This document shows, in pieces, positions 1 through 13,093 of a DNA stretch of 21,623 nt. The stretch comes from Rhizaria sp. SCN 62-66 (lineage: Eukaryota), in NCBI GenBank assembly GCA_001724265.1, contig MEDY01000257.1, positions 62,001 to 83,623 on the forward strand. The letters run 5' to 3'. The position numbers were made by a program, and so were the translations under genes. The number at the start of each line of letters is the position of its first letter. Positions within the stretch are counted from its first letter, which is position 1. The notes under the pieces were generated by a model, which worked only from the letters and a program-made list of their open reading frames with translations, had not been told where the DNA came from and searched no databases.

Positions 1-1913
<1,913 letters not shown>

Positions 1914-3359
1914 ATGCCGCTCGAGGCGACGATGTTTTGCGTCGACAACTCCGACTGGATGCGCAACGGCGACTACACCCCGACGCGTCTTGACGCCCAG
2001 CGCGAGACCGTGCAGGCAATCGCGAACCAGAAGCTTCGTTCGAACCAGGAGTCGATCGTGGGCCTTCTGTCCCTCGCCGGTGAGCGCCCCGACGTCGTGC
2101 ACTCGCCCTCGCGCAACATGGGCCAGATCCTCACCGAGCTTAAGGCTCTCCGTCCCTCGGGCACCAGCAACATCTGCGCGGGGCTCAAGATTGCGCAGCT
2201 GTCGCTGAAGAACCGCCAGAACAAGGTGCAGCGCCAGCGCGTGATCCTCTTCGTCGGCTCGCCCGTCACCGAGAGCGTCGACGAGCTCACCGCGGTCGCC
2301 AAGCAGCTCCGCAAGAACAACGTCGCGCTCGACGTGGTCCACTTCGGCAGCGAAAACGCCGCCAACGACAGCGCTGAGCGCCTCGAGGCCCTCGTCGCCG
2401 CCATCAATAACGCGGGTAACTCGCACATCCTGTACGTGCCCGCGGGCGTGTACCGCCTCTCAGACTCGGTCATGGCCTCGCCCATCGGCAACGACGGCGC
2501 GCAGCCCGCGGCGGCGGCGCGCCCCGCGGCGGCGGGCGGTGCGGGCTTCGGCGACGGGCCCGCAGGCATGGACGACATCGACGCGCTCATGGAGACTGAC
2601 CCCGAGCTGGCTATGGCGCTCCGTATGTCGCTCGAGGACAGCCGCCCCGCGGCCGCCGCCGCCCCCGCCGCGGCGCCCGCGGCCGCCGCCACCACGGTCA
2701 GCGCGACGCAGGCCGCCAAGGACGCCGAGGCCGCCGCCGCCGCCGCCGCGGGCGGCGCCCTGATGGAGGACGACGACGACGACGACGCTGCGCTGGCTGC
2801 GGCCATTGCGCTCTCCATGGCCGAGGCCGTCGCTCCCGCGCCCAACGCCCCCGCTGCCGCGACCAGCACGGCCGCGGTCCCCGCGACCCCCGCCCCTGCG
2901 GCCGCTGGTGCGGTCGCGACTGCGCCCGCCGCGCCCGTGAAGCCCGCCGCGCCCGCTTCGGCAACCGATATCGCCAACGCGATGGACGATGGCGTGAACG
3001 ATCCGGCGTTCCTGGCCGCGCTGCTGGGCTCCGTCGACGGGCTCAACTCGGACGAGGTCAACGACATCATTAAGGTACGCTCATATGTTCATTGTGCCCC
3101 ATTTTGCACTCGTGCATGCAGTGTGTGAGTGTTCGAAGCGAAACAAGTGGTTGTTCATGTTTTGATCTTTTTTTCTATCCGTTTGTTTGATTTCATGTTG
3201 ATCATGACTTCTCTTTATGTTCCTACGCTGACACATCTTTTCATTCTCTGTTTTTGTGCTTTTTGTGTCCTTTGCGTATCTCAGGCGATGGCCCAGACCG
3301 AGGAGGGCGGCGACAAGAAGAAGGAGGCCGACGACAAGGACAAGAAGGATAAGCAGTGA
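1914..3359 (+). CDS. RPN10: 26S proteasome non-ATPase regulatory subunit Rpn10/PSMD4; exons 1914-3074 and 3285-3359; 411 aa
   Basis: N-terminal VWA domain (MPLEATMFCVDNSDWMRNGDYTPTRLDAQ; IAQLSLKNRQNKVQRQRVILFVGSP), UIMs DPELAMALRMSLE and AALAAAIALSM, a DPAFLAALLGSV segment, and a K/D-rich tail after in-frame phase-0 splicing. Stop TGA at 3357-3359. Confidence 0.97.
3075..3284 (+). other. Spliceosomal intron of RPN10 (210 nt, phase 0)
   Basis: Donor AAG|GTACGC, T-rich body, CTGAC branch-like site at 3228-3232, pyrimidine tract, acceptor TCTCAG|G. Splicing preserves the frame. Confidence 0.92.
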
Positions 3360-3605
3360 AGTAGACGCACAACTCCAACGACACTGTCAAATCTTGTTGA
3401 TATGTCGCAGTTACAGTTACAGAGTACCGCTTGATTGACTTTTGTGAGTGAATCTGATCGAGTCCCCGGTGAATGATAAAACACATGTGTGGGGCCATGG
3501 CAGCGTCTTTTCTACATCTGAGCACTGATGTGGCGAGTGTGAAAGAGACGTGCACTGGTATAAGGATAAATGCAATAACTAAACAAACTATAACTGAATA
3601 ACAAC

Positions 3606-3690
3606 AATAAAGGAACAATTTACACAGCAACCAATCCACTTCAATCACCACCGTCAACCTCATGTGTCATGCAATAGAATGTAGTTTATT
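3606..3690. terminator. Candidate opposing polyadenylation signals for the convergent RPN10 and bromodomain genes
   Basis: AATAAA on + at 3606-3611 and on - at 3690-3685. Whether this organism uses AATAAA is unknown, and the region is AT-rich, so chance matches are likely. Confidence 0.3.
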
Positions 3691-3829
3691 GGTGATATGA
3701 ACAGTCAGTGTTCACAATGTTGTGATATTAATCATAATATGTAACAAATAAACATAATAGTAGTAGAAATGTGAAGATCAAGAATCACTGTTAAAGTATC
3801 CAGCAATGTGTGTCGGCGTGTACGTGTCT

Positions 3830-6800
3830 TTACGGGTGTTGCTGGCCGCCGGCAGTGCGCGCGCGCGTGGACCTCGTCATGCGCCCAGCGCCGTGCACGG
3901 CGTCGCCGGCCTCAAAGTCGGCCGAGGCCTCGGCCTTCACTCTCTCGCCTCTGCCCATTCTTCCGCCGCTCGCGGGCTGCGCTGCGGCCGCAGCCGCAGC
4001 GGCCTGCTGTTGCTGCTGGAGCAGCAAGTACTGCTGCTGCTGCTGCGCGGCGGCGGCGGCGGCGGCCGCGTGCCTGACGGCGGCGGCCTTGCTAGCCTCG
4101 ATGTTGTTCGTCGCCGCGAGAAGCATCGGTGCCGCCTGCGCAGCGAGCCCTGTGGCCCAATGGCGCTCACGGTCGCCGACAACAAGCTGCGAGTGCGGCT
4201 GCGGCGGGCGCCTGTGAGCACTCTTGGCATCGGCGTAGCTATTGCCGCCATTGGCAGCGACAACGGAAGTGGGCGACTTGGACCGGGCGCGGCGCAACCT
4301 GTTGGCGTTAGTGCCGGCCTCAGTCTTGGTACCATGCGCCATACCACGCGCACGCGCCGCGGCCGCAGTGGCCGCCGGCGCCGACAGCACATCGTAGTTA
4401 TCCGTGTCGGCCTTGTCGGCGCGCGCGGCCTCCGCGACGAGCGCCGTGACGGGCGCTAGCACCCCCGCGCGGCCGCCGGCGACCACGGTCTCCGCGGGCG
4501 CGGCCACAAGCGGCGTGCCCGCAACCGTGAGCGCGAGCGCGCCGGGCAGCGAGAGGAACACGATCGCGACGGCTGGCGCCGAGAGCGCGTGCGGCAGCGG
4601 GCACAGAGGAGAATGGAACGCTTGGCCGACGTCGGCGACCGAGCACCCGGCGCGCGGCTGCGGCGAAAACGTGGTGGTGTAGTCGTGTGGCATCACGCGC
4701 GGACCCACCAGCGGCTCGCGCTTGGACTTGCCCGCGCTGCCACTCTTGCTCTTCCTTGCTCCAGCATCAGCGTCGTTCATCGCCTCGTCGTTCCCGCCCG
4801 CGATCGGCGCCGTCGGTGCGTCGCTGTAGCCGGCGCCAGCGCTCGCACCAGCGGCGGCGGCGTCGACCGCGGTCTGGCGCAGCCGCGCGCGCGCCGTGGC
4901 GTGTTTCGCGGCGAGCAGCGACCCAGCCTCGGCCTCGGCCTTGGCGACGGCGACGATGGCGGACATGACGGCGCCGCAGCTGCCGCCGCGCGATACGAAT
5001 GAGCTCTGCGGGGTCGTGTACGACACGCAGCCCGTGAGCAGTCCGCCGCGGTGCCACACCAGCGGCAGCGCGCGCGCGGCGACGGCGGCCGCAGCGTAGG
5101 ACGGCCGGACCGTGAAGACGTCGACCTCGCGCTGCGCACAGGCCTCGCACGCGCTGCCGCCGCAGGGGCAGGCGGCCGCGGTGCCGGTGTGCGCCAGCGA
5201 AAGCGCGCGCAGCAGGGCGGAGAAGCTACCGCTCGGCGCGGGCAACAGCGTGGACGTGGCGAGCGCGGGCGGGGACGCGACGGACAACGCGAAGGCGGCC
5301 ACGGGGTGGTCCAGGCCGAGCGCGGCGAACGCGCGACCCACAGTCATTGCAGCGGCCAGCGCGGCGCGCAGACGTTGACTCAGAGAGATAGAATGCGAAC
5401 TGGATTGCGTACTGCGATGTACAGAGGTCGTTTGAGCGAGAACTGTGAGCAGCGAGTGGATGACCAAGCTCGACTGCAGCGAGCCCATCAGCACGCGCGT
5501 CGGCTCAACGCCCGTCGCGCTCAGACTGGCGCTAGAGGTGCTCGCTGTGTAACCGAGACGTGCGGAATACGTGCCCGCGCTGCTGTTCTGCGAGGCCATC
5601 GCGGTGAGCGCGTGCATCCACAGCCGCATCGCAGTCGCGTCGTCGCTGCCGACGGCGGCGGCCACGGCAGCGGTAGCCGCGGCGGTCAAACTCGCGTTGC
5701 CGCTAGAATTGTGGGCGTTCGCGTTCGCGATAGCAAAGCTGTTGCTAGCGTAATTGGTGGGCAAGAGCGGGAGCAGTCGAATGTTCTCGTCAGTCATGTT
5801 CACATCTCCAGCACTAGAACTAGAAGCGTCACTTTCCTTCTTAACAGGACGGGTGCCGTCAGTATTGTTGGTACTCGCAACAGCAGCGACCGACAGTGCA
5901 GCGATGAAGGCAGCCGCAAACGTGTCGCCGCCAACAGCATGACCATCCTGTTCACTCGCACTCCCCCTGTTACCGTGAGGGCTAGTGCTGAGGGCAGCGA
6001 GTGCGGCCGCACGGCGCATGCGCGTCACGACACTCAGCGGCAGCGACACGCCGCCGCGGATCGGTCTCAGGACCTTGCTCGCCGCGGCCGCTGCAGCAAC
6101 CACAGCGGCCGCGGCAGTGGCTGCAGACGTCCCGCCTGCACGCGCCGCCGCCGCGCGCCCGGCCGCCGCAAACATCGCGCCCGTGGCGACCGGCGGCAGC
6201 GCCGGGACAGCAACTCTGCCAGTAACGACGGGCGCGGAGAGGGGCGCGGGCGTGGGCGCGTGTGAGAGCGCAAGCAGAGCGTACGCGCCGGCAAGCCCGG
6301 CGGGCGGCAGCGGCGCGAATAGCGGCCGGTTGATGTTTGAGATCGCGAACGCGTCGCGGTCACCGGAACCCGGGAGCGTGGCGGGGCGCGACGGCAGACA
6401 GCCGAATGGCAGCGGCGGCGTGTAGCCGCTGACGAGACGCGTGAGCGCGACAATCTGCGAGAACTCGGAGTACAAAGACGTGTGCGGCGAGTCTGCGAGC
6501 GTGGCCTTGGTGATGCGCGACAGCCAGTCCTGCGAGGCCGCGGCGGCGGCGGCGCGCGGCAGCAGCGGGGCCGTGATCGCCGTGGTGGACAGCGCAAGCG
6601 CCCGGTGCGCGTGGCCGTGCGAGGCCGCGGGCGCGAGCAGCCCGCACGACGCAGGGACCGAGGTCGCGGACGGGAGATACAGCCCGGCGCGCGCGGCCGC
6701 GGCGTGGTTGCCAGGCAGCGTCGCTAGGCCCTGTAGCGCAGCAGAGAGCGGCAGCGGCGCACACAGCACGGCGACGTCGTCGCAGTCGCCGTCGTCGCGC

Positions 6801-9800
6801 ACGCTTACAGCGGCAGAGCCTGCGACGACGGCGGCGTCAGCGGCCTCAGCCTCGGCGTCGAAGTCGATGGCGACGCGCGTGGGCAAGTCGGCCCCGCTAC
6901 CGTCGCCGTGCGTGCTGCTGGTGAGCTCGAACGCCGTGTCAAAAGTGCGGACGCGTGGCCGCGCCGTCGCCGAGGCCAGCAGCGGCCGCAGCGAGCGCGT
7001 CGAAGCGACCGTGGTGACGCTGCCGCTGCCAGCGGACCCCGCGGTGGCGGCGCCGGCGGAGTGGCCGGACTGCGATGGGGTGGTGCCGGGGCGCGAGGAC
7101 ACGCTCGAGCCGTCGTCGGCGGCGCCGTTAGTGTTGCCGCTGGTGTTGGACCGCGTGTCGGAGCGGGGCGTGTCAGCAAAACTAGTGGCGGCAGACTCGG
7201 CGTCCGCGCGGCTGGCCACTGTCGCAGCGGCAGCGTCAGCAGCAGCCGAGGCCGCGGCGGCCGCAGCCGCAGCGTTGGCCGCCGCCGTCGCCGCCGCGGC
7301 GGCCGAAGTAGATCCGGATGCGGAGCCGACCAAGAAACGCGACTGCGGCGGCGCAAGCGGGGCGTCTGTGCTGGCCTCCTCGCTGACGATCTTGGCGGCG
7401 ACCGCGTCTGCGTTTTGGTCGTTGGGAAACGCCAGCTCCGACTTGATGGCCGCGAGGCAGCGCGAGGAGACGTGGCCCAGCGACGAACCGTTCGCAGAGT
7501 CCGTGCCAGCGGCAGACGCAACAGAAATCGAGCCAGCAACCTTCTCCTTCTTGCTGCTGCTCTTGCTGCGGCTCTCTGGAGCGCGGTTTTCGTCCCCGTT
7601 ACCGCTGTCTCTGTCGGAGGGTGCGACCATGCCGACGATCTGCGGCTGCGAGACCGGGAGGCCCGCGTACGTCACTGCGGCGCCGCCGGAGCCCGCGGTC
7701 GCGCGGCCGGTGTCGCTCGCGGACGCCGCTGAATCAGTCGTCACGGCCCTGTGATGTGAACAAAATGAAAAGTAAAAAACATCGTTAGTTGAAAACAAGA
7801 AGAAAAAAAAAAGGAGGGTTATCAATAAGAACTGGTTTAGATTGCGTACCTGATGTTATTCGGCGGTGCCGCGCGGGCCGCAAACCCGCACGCGGTCTGG
7901 AAGGCCTTCTCGAGCTCCCGCGGCACGGCGGCCAGCGAGGCCGAGAGCGGCACGCGCACAGACGCAGGGGCACCGGGCGGGAGACGCGTCGACATAAAGC
8001 GGTTCAGCAGCTCATCCTGCAGCGCAGCGGTCGCCGCGGCGACGTTGTAGGGCCCCGCGGACGGCGCCGGAGTCGCGACGGTGACAGAGCTAACAGCAGA
8101 TTCAGACTTGACTACGGCGTCGGTGGTGACAACGTCGTCAGCATCATTCATCGCAACGATAGAAGCCAACGCAGACGCGGACGCACTGTGGTTATCGCCG
8201 TCGTCCATGATGGCAGCGCGCGCGGCGTCGACCAGCCTGCTCTCGCGCTGCCGCTCGGCGGGCGAGGCCGTGGCGGCGGGGGTGCGGCCGTAGTCGCGCT
8301 CGTGCCCGTGCGCGGCGAGCCACACGACGGTGAGCTCCAGCGGCACGGGGAAACCCGCGGGCGGGGTCAGCAGCCGGCGCTCAGCGCGGAGAAACAGCGG
8401 CAGACGCGGCGCGGGAACGAGTCGGCCATCAGCCACAGTCGTCGCATCCGCAGCGGAGCCCGCATCACCATTCGCCTCACTGCCCGCGCTGGTGAGCGCC
8501 GCGTTGGCAGTGGGCATGTCGACGCCGGCGGCATCGTACACAGCGGCCGCGTCTGCATAGGGCAGCAGCGGGCCCACGAAGCCGACCTCGGCGGCCCCGG
8601 TCGGCAGCGGCAGCGGCACGAAGCAGTCTCCCGCGCCCGCACTCTTGCCCCCGGTCTCCGCACTGACACTGACACCAGTTGTTGTGTCATCCGCACTTGT
8701 GGCAGCGGCGGCCTGTGCGGCAGCGGTGGGCAGGTGCGTGAAGCCGGCGTCGGGGCGCAGGTAGACGTCCGCGGGCACGAGCTTGCGCATCGCCGCCAGG
8801 CGGGTCGCGGGACGCGCCACGGTCACTGCGTCTGCCATGGTGTACTTAGGCCGCTGCTGCTGTTGCTGCTGGGCACTCGCGCTCGTAAGCGAGATTGGGC
8901 GCAAGAGCGAATTGGAATCAGGGCTACCATTGTCGTCGTTGGATATGGACGTAAAGGAAGATAGCGGCGACTGGCGCATCACGCTGGCCAGCACCCCCGG
9001 CGCGGTCACCGAGGGCGGAAAGGGCGCAGGGCACGTGACAATGGGCACATCGACGTTGATACGCACGGGCTCAGGCAGAGACACAGTCGCGGGGACGCTC
9101 ACCACAGTCGTCGTCGTCTTCCTGGTCGCACTCGCCGTCGCGGTCTGCGCGCCAGTGCGAGTCGCTGCATCACTGCTATGGTTGCTGTGCGCGTGGGCAG
9201 TCATGTCGAGCGCGGCCGCAGCCACGGTGTCGACGAAGCCCGCGCAAACGGGGTTGGTCGCTGCCACGGCCGAAGTGGCCGCGCTCGCCGCGACGGTCGT
9301 CAGCGCAATGCACCGCGCGCCGTCCGCAACCGCGGCCGCGGCGGCAGCAGTGCTCGAATTGCTGTTTGCGTTGGCGCTGTTGTCCGCGACCGCGGCCTGG
9401 ATGGCGGTGCCCGCAACCTCCGCGAGCGCGAGCGCGCTGCCGGCTTCGAAAGGCTGCGACTGGGCGCCGACCGCGAGCGCGGCGCTGAGCCCGCGCCACA
9501 GCAACTGTGCGCCCGCCTTCGTGCCGCCCGCGCCCACGGTCACTGCAGCGCTGGCGGTGGTTGCGGTTGCGGCAGTGTGGCGGAGCGCGGGGTAGAAGTT
9601 AAGCCGCGCCGCGAGGAGGGACGCAAGAGCGGTGCGCGCGGCGTTGCGGGGCGCCGGGGCGCCGGGGTGACTACTCGCGGAAGCAGTACCACTAGCAGCG
9701 GCAGCACCAGCAGAAGCAGAGGCAGCAGAGGAAGAAGAGATCGAACTAGAACTCGGAGTAGAGCTTGAAGCGTCACTGCTGGCGCTATTTTCAATCTTGA

Positions 9801-12351
9801 CGGATACCTCCTCAGTCTTATCGCAAATAGTGCAGGCGCTGGCGTTGCTAAAGCCGTTGTTTTTTGTGTTATCGAGAGTGATTGTGGGCGGCAGCGAGTG
9901 GATCGACGCCTTGCCGAGCTTCTTCATATTGATCTTGATCGGCGCACGCGCTCCAGCAACGACACTCGCGCTCGCGCTAGAAGAGCTAGAGCTCGCGCTG
10001 CTAGCGTCGTCGGTCATCGCTTTGTCACCTGTGACCGAAGCTGCCGGCGAGAGCACACCGCCGGCAAGCGCGGCGCTCGTCAGAGCACTCGCCGTGGCTG
10101 TCGCGGCCTCTGCGGCGGCCTGCGCGCGCTGCTGCCGGCGATGCAGCTTCCGCGCCAGCGCGCGCGCGCGGCGGGCCTCGTCCTCGGCGCGCAGCACCAG
10201 CGCCAGCGCCGAGGCCGACAGCGGTGGCGGCAGCGCGGCGGCGGGCAGCTCCACCGTCACCATCGCCTCGTTGCTCGCGGCCACCGCGGTCGCAGTGGCT
10301 GCGGCGGCGAGGGGTGCGGAAACCGAGGCGCTGGGGGTGATGGCGCCCGGCACCAGGCCGTCGACCACGCTCGCGCTCGGAGTCACCGGGACTTGCGGCA
10401 ACACGGCTGCGGTCGTCATGTTGTCGTCTGCCATACTCGCGCCCGCTCCATTCGCAACAGCAGCAGTCGTGGAGGCGGCGTTGGCAGCGTTCGCGGCGAC
10501 GACGGCGGGCGCTGCGGGTGCGAGAGCGCTGGCGACATACAGTGGGACCGTCACGGCCACCGTCGGCGCCGCGCCCGACGCGTACACAAACGCGGCCGGG
10601 CGCGCGCGCGCGTCGTTGGCGGCCGCCGTGGCCGCGTGGCGCGCTGACATCGGCAGCAGCTTCCGCGTCTCGGCCTCGATCGCTTCCAAGACGGCCTTGG
10701 CAGCCTGGCTGGCCGACATCCGGGCAGGCACGACATCAAGCCCGTCGTCCCAGTCCGCGTACCCTGCGCCCGCGCCGGCGCCAGCGCCAGAGCCAGCGCT
10801 AAGGCCGGAGTGCCCGGAGCCGAGCGCAACGCCGCCGATCTCGCGGTTCGCGATGCGCGCCTCGCGGGAGCCCGTGGCGGCGGCGCCCAGCGCGGCGTTG
10901 GCGGCGCGGCGGCGCTCAGCGTCCAGCGCCGCCGCAGCCGACGCCGCGGTCGCGTGCGCTGATGCCAAGGCAGAGGCAGGAGCGGAGGCGGAGGAGTGCA
11001 CGTTCATGTTGAGCGCCGCCGGCGCGGCTGCGGAGGCCGGGGCCGCAGGGGTCGGCGACGCCGAGGAGAAGGAGAACGGCAGCGGCGCCGCGCCGTGGCC
11101 GTGGCCGCCAGCAGGCGCAGCAGAGTGTCCGTGGGCGGGACCGTGGGCGTGGGCCGCGGTGGGCACGGCGGCCATGCGCGCCTGGGCACCGGGCACGGCT
11201 TGCGGCTGCGCAAAAGTCAAGCCGCTGGGCGCCGCGTTGGAGTTGCTGTCGGAGTTGACGTGCGTGGGTGCGGTTGAGAGCGTGAAAGACAGCTTGAGCG
11301 GCGCAGCGATCGGCGTCGCAGCAGTCCCAGCAGTCGCCGCACTGGCGCTAGCCGCCGAAACGGGCGTCGCGCCGGGAGCAGCAGCAACGCTCTTGCTCCC
11401 GGCAGCTGCAGCTGCGGGATTCATAGAAAGCGACAGCGAAAACGCACCAGCACCGCCAGCGCCAGCGCCAGTGCCAGTGCCAGTGCCAGCGCCGGCGCCA
11501 GCGGGAGCGCCGGCAACAGCGCCTGCCGTAGGGCCAGCGGCGGCAGCGGCAGCGACGGCGGCCGGCGTCGTCATGGCGGGCGGCGGCATCCCGAGCGACA
11601 TCGAGAACTGCGCAGCGCTGGCGGCCGCAGGCGCGGGTGCAAACGAGAGCGAAACCGCGCCCGCGCCAGTCGTCGAGCTGGAATTGGCGCTCACTGCACC
11701 GGGCCCCTGCTGCTGGGGCTGCGCAGACATCGGCAGCGACAGCGTTGCACCAGCAGGGGCAGCAGCAGTCGAGACTGGAGCAGCAACTGCAGCAGCCGCA
11801 GGAGCGCCGCCGAGGGCCGGGTCAACCGGAATGGGGACGTCTGCCTTGGCAAACTCTGCCTTGATCATGCCCTCAAACACGGCGGCCTCGGCGCAGACTG
11901 CGGAGGCGGGCGGGTTGAAGATGCGCGCATTGGCCACGATCTGCTGCAGATGCCCGTAGAACAGGCGCACGCCCGCGTCGGGAGCGTCGTAGAGCCCCGC
12001 GTCGAGCTGCTTCTTGACCGTGGAGAGGTCCATGGGGAACTTGACGTAGTCGGGGTAGCTGGGAAACAGCACCACGGGAACGGGCTCGCGGAACAACACC
12101 GAGGACTTGTGCCGCGTCAGCTTCGAGACGATCTTCTTCAGGCTCGCGCGCTGCACGGGGTTGTACGCGGGCAGCGGAACCGGCACGGCGGGGGCCGCAA
12201 ACGCGACGGGGGCGGCAGCCGCCGCAACGGGGGCGGCGGGATGCGCGACTGGTGCCGCAGCGCCGGCTGGCATCTGCGCGGGCTGCTGCTGGTGCTGCTG
12301 GTGCTGCTGCTGGCCAGAGCCTCCCAGCGAGAGAGTGAACTGGAGCGACAT
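3830..12351 (-). CDS. Giant Ala/Ser/Gly-rich bromodomain-containing protein; exons 12351-7850 and 7748-3830; ~2806 aa
   Basis: The 1504-aa and 1331-aa ORFs join in frame across a 101-nt intron (split codon AG|G = Arg). N-terminal bromodomain, poly-Q tracts near both termini, stop TAA at 3832-3830. Further in-frame introns cannot be excluded. Confidence 0.85.
7749..7849 (-). other. Spliceosomal intron of the bromodomain gene (101 nt, phase 2)
   Basis: On the minus strand: donor CAG|GTACGC, U-rich tract, ACTAAC branch site at 7789-7784, acceptor TCACAG|G. It is an AT-rich island in GC-rich coding DNA and preserves the frame. Confidence 0.92.
11455..11502. repeat. Imperfect hexamer tandem repeat (GCCAGY)n encoding a Gly-Ala/Gly-Thr linker
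   Basis: gccagc gccagc gccagt gccagt gccagt gccagc gccggc gccagc is read directly; it translates on the minus strand as GAGAGTGTGTGAGAG. Confidence 0.8.
11845..12165 (-). other. Bromodomain (acetyl-lysine reader) coding segment
   Basis: LKKIVSKL..HKSSVLFREPV....PSYPDYVKFPMDLSTVKKQL..GLY...LQQIVANARIFNPPASAVCAEA: ZA-loop FxxPV and Y..PMDL motifs, with the conserved acetyl-lysine-binding Asn at codon 11916-11914. Confidence 0.93.
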
Positions 12352-13093
12352 GGCGCGCGGCGGGGCGTCGCGAAAGGTGGAAGGCGCGCTAAATGGAAAC
12401 CCCGGGGTGGGGTGGTGGAGAAGGAAGCCGCGGGGTGCGGCAGGGCGGCGGGGCGGCGACGCAAGGGACGGGCGCGCTTGGACTCGGGGGGTTGCGCTGG
12501 CGGACGGACGCGCGGACGCTCAGCACCGGAAGAACAACACGATCAAACTCAACAGCAGCAAATTTGGAGACCAAATGCAGGTGCTGAGATGATACTGCGT
12601 CGGGGACAGAACAGAGATAGAAGAGAGTGGGGGCAGTGAGGAGGGAGAAAAATGGATTTGTGATGAGTCGACGCAGAAAGGCAAACTTAAAGCAAGGTGC
12701 GCGCAGGATCCCAATCGTCTGTAGCAAATCAGTAAACGAACTAGAGCAGAATAGTGTATAAAATTGTGAATATTTCAATAACACTCCAAACCACTAATGT
12801 CATGCCCGCTGAAATGTGGTTGCAACGACTGACCATCACGCGATCCCGCAGTCTTGTGGTGGACGAGCTGTCTCTCGACAGCCCAATCGAAAAGCACGAA
12901 TCATACACTTGAAGCACGCAAAAGTCACCGTCTGTCGCGAAATGATGCTTGGTTTAAAACATATATCACTCTTATCTATAGCATTCTTATTGTTATTATT
13001 TCTCTTGTGCGCGTCAACCTCTCACTACCCGCTATTTACATCGTGCTGTTTGCCTTGTCCCCTTGAATCTTCGCAGCGGTCGCTTTTCCCGCG
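12352..13093. promoter_or_regulatory. Divergent intergenic region between the bromodomain gene and the MORN gene
   Basis: 742 bp between head-to-head ATGs with an AT-richer centre and TATAAAA at ~12757-12763. Promoter function is inferred from position. Confidence 0.5.

Noticed and set aside
9797..11959. 720-aa plus-strand ORF, and similar long antisense ORFs (6441-7754, 1973-3070, 16725-17552, 13561-14496)
   Set aside because: They are shadow ORFs opposite real GC-rich genes, where biased codons rarely create antisense stops. No domain signal is visible.
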